From positions 14,995-73,688 of the forward strand of contig CAZHCI010000001.1 in assembly GCA_964530905.1 (NCBI GenBank): a stretch of 58,694 nucleotides of DNA, written 5' to 3'. Numbering within the stretch: position 1 is the stretch's first letter; each line of letters begins with the position of its first letter. The stretch is from an uncultured bacterium. Its GTDB lineage: Bacteria > Deinococcota > Deinococci > Deinococcales > Trueperaceae. The notes under the pieces are model-generated. The model ran no database searches. It was not told where the DNA came from and worked only from the letters and a program-made list of their open reading frames with translations. Shown piece by piece: positions 57,505 through 58,694 of this stretch. The translations under genes were made by a program, and so were the position numbers.

Positions 57505-57653
57505 CCCCCGCACATTTGCATGTTCATACCCAAATGAGCAAAGCGCTCAATAGAATGGGCACGCACGGACACCGATCGACGGTCGCCTCACCCCCGATCC
57601 GGACGGCTACGCCGCCGTCCGCCCGAGCCCCTCGCCAGGCGTCGCCCGCGGGC

Positions 57654-58535
57654 TCAAGGCGGAGGCGGCAGCGTTCGTGCCGCCTCGTCGATCGCGGCTC
57701 GGATCGCGTTGCGAACGGCGACGTCGACGATGGTGGTGCCCGACCGCCCCGCGCCCAGCCCTCGCACGATGTTCAACAGATCGATCCGCACGTCGGTCTG
57801 CGACGCGTCCGCGGTGCCGACCCCGATGGCGACGATCTCGGCGGTGACGGCGTCCACCATCCGCACGTCGACGGTGACGCGCGCGGTGACCGTCTCGGCG
57901 CGGCCCCCGAGAACCCCGAACAACGCGCCGCCCCCACCGCTCTGCTCGACGCCGAACTCGGTCACGCTGCCCAACGCCAGCACCTGCGCCCCGAGGATCC
58001 GACCCGCCTCCGCGGCGCTGGCGGGATCGACGCGTCCGGAGCGACCGAGATCCTGTTCACGAACGATGGTCGCGAGCTGCTCGCGCTCCGTCACGACGAA
58101 CCGACCGCTTCGGAACGCCTCGGTCGCGAACACGTCGCTCACCCCGCGACCGAGCTCCCTCTCGAAGCCCTCCGCCCCCTCGACGGCGCTGGGGTCCACG
58201 CCGCCGACGCGCACGCCACCGGCGCGGACCGTGAAGTCCGGCACGGCGATCACCCAGCGCTCGTCGCGCGGCAACGGCTCGACGTCGAACGGGCGCAGCG
58301 GGCCCGCGGCGCCGCCGGCGTCGCCGGCCGTGGGCGCGCAGGAGGCGGCCAGCAGCGCGAGCACGAGCACCAGCGCCGCACGTCCGGCCTTGCTCGCGAC
58401 GCGCCCGACGCCGAGTCGCACGCCCCGCACGACGCCCATCCGGACGCCCATCCGGACGCCGACCTCGACGACGCCGGCTTCGACACCGGCCCGGCCGGCG
58501 TGCGCGTCCCGCTGGAGCAGCCCAGGCGCTCTCAT
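57654..58535 (-). CDS. CsgG-family lipoprotein
   Basis: ORF 57654..58580. ATG 58535 lies 7 nt after TAGGCT. Lipobox LLAASC. VIAVPDFTV..., FVVTEREQLATIVREQDLGRSGRVD, AQVLALGSVTEFG and TVDVRMVDAVTAEIV fit the CsgG fold. The start is uncertain. Confidence 0.7.
   Translation of the reverse strand: MRAPGLLQRDAHAGRAGVEAGVVEVGVRMGVRMGVVRGVRLGVGRVASKAGRAALVLVLALLAASCAPTAGDAGGAAGPLRPFDVEPLPRDERWVIAVPDFTVRAGGVRVGGVDPSAVEGAEGFERELGRGVSDVFATEAFRSGRFVVTEREQLATIVREQDLGRSGRVDPASAAEAGRILGAQVLALGSVTEFGVEQSGGGGALFGVLGGRAETVTARVTVDVRMVDAVTAEIVAIGVGTADASQTDVRIDLLNIVRGLGAGRSGTTIVDVAVRNAIRAAIDEAARTLPPPP
58443..58472. repeat. 12-bp tandem repeat GACGCCCATCCG x2.5 in the 5' part of the CsgG-like ORF
   Basis: Read directly. 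Encodes VRMGVRMGV if translated. Confidence 0.8.
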
Positions 58536-58580
58536 GAGCCGTAGCCTACCGTGGGGCAGGCTGCCCACGCGGCACGACAC

Positions 58581-58613
58581 GACCTCGGCCCCGCAGGACG
58601 CGGGGCCGAGGTC
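58581..58613 (-). terminator. Hairpin terminator after the partial gene at the window end
   Basis: Perfect 14-bp stem GACCTCGGCCCCGC / GCGGGGCCGAGGTC with loop AGGAC. Confidence 0.6.
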
Positions 58614-58639
58614 TCGTCAGGAGCGGCGTCGCGGCGAGA

Positions 58640-58694
58640 TCAGGCCGGCGCGCTCTGCTTCTCCTTCGCCTCGAGCTTGGCCTTGATGCGCTTC
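58640..58694 (-). CDS. 3' end of an unidentified gene (only the last 18 codons are in the window)
   Basis: The minus-strand reading frame ...KRIKAKLEAKEKQSAPA-stop runs in from the window edge and is followed by a strong hairpin. Confidence 0.3.
   Translation of the reverse strand, partial: KRIKAKLEAKEKQSAPA

Overview
A 58.7 kb, very GC-rich (about 70% by eye) and densely packed bacterial chromosomal segment. I call about 55 protein genes and see no rRNA, tRNA, CRISPR array, transposase or integrase.

Most genes are core housekeeping: gabT, sseA, rpe, accA/accD, nrdR, rplM-rpsI, uppP, gltX-ftsY, mqnB, fba, asnB, clpB, pntAA/AB/B, pfkA, tyrS, zwf, rocF, gatC, serS, folC-rimO, pilT and an aapJQMP-type amino-acid ABC transporter.

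Likely source is Deinococcota (Deinococcus/Truepera-like), which is inference only. The clues are a Thermus-like TyrRS, futalosine-pathway mqnB, an NFACT/RqcH homolog, a HAIR-like box at clpB, and many genes whose start codon sits 5-8 nt after a TANNNT -10 box (leaderless-type architecture).

Main items for a second look:
1. A tightly overlapping envelope gene string (37.9-42.8 kb). It combines two peptidoglycan hydrolases with a FixG/CcoG-like iron-sulfur membrane protein, two YtkA/FixH-like periplasmic domain proteins and a DUF554 protein, next to a soluble PhoR-like kinase, a response regulator and PhoU.
2. An AapQ-type ABC permease with a periplasmic insertion of about 200 aa carrying two canonical EF-hand calcium loops.
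3. Two divergent gene pairs with perfectly mirrored promoter/initiation regions.
4. Short tandem repeat arrays in two intergenic regions, one of which matches a canonical G-quadruplex motif.
5. A signal-less DUF3108-like protein with a polyarginine tail, translationally coupled to folC-rimO.

The many long alternate-frame and antisense ORFs in the supplied track are GC-driven artefacts.
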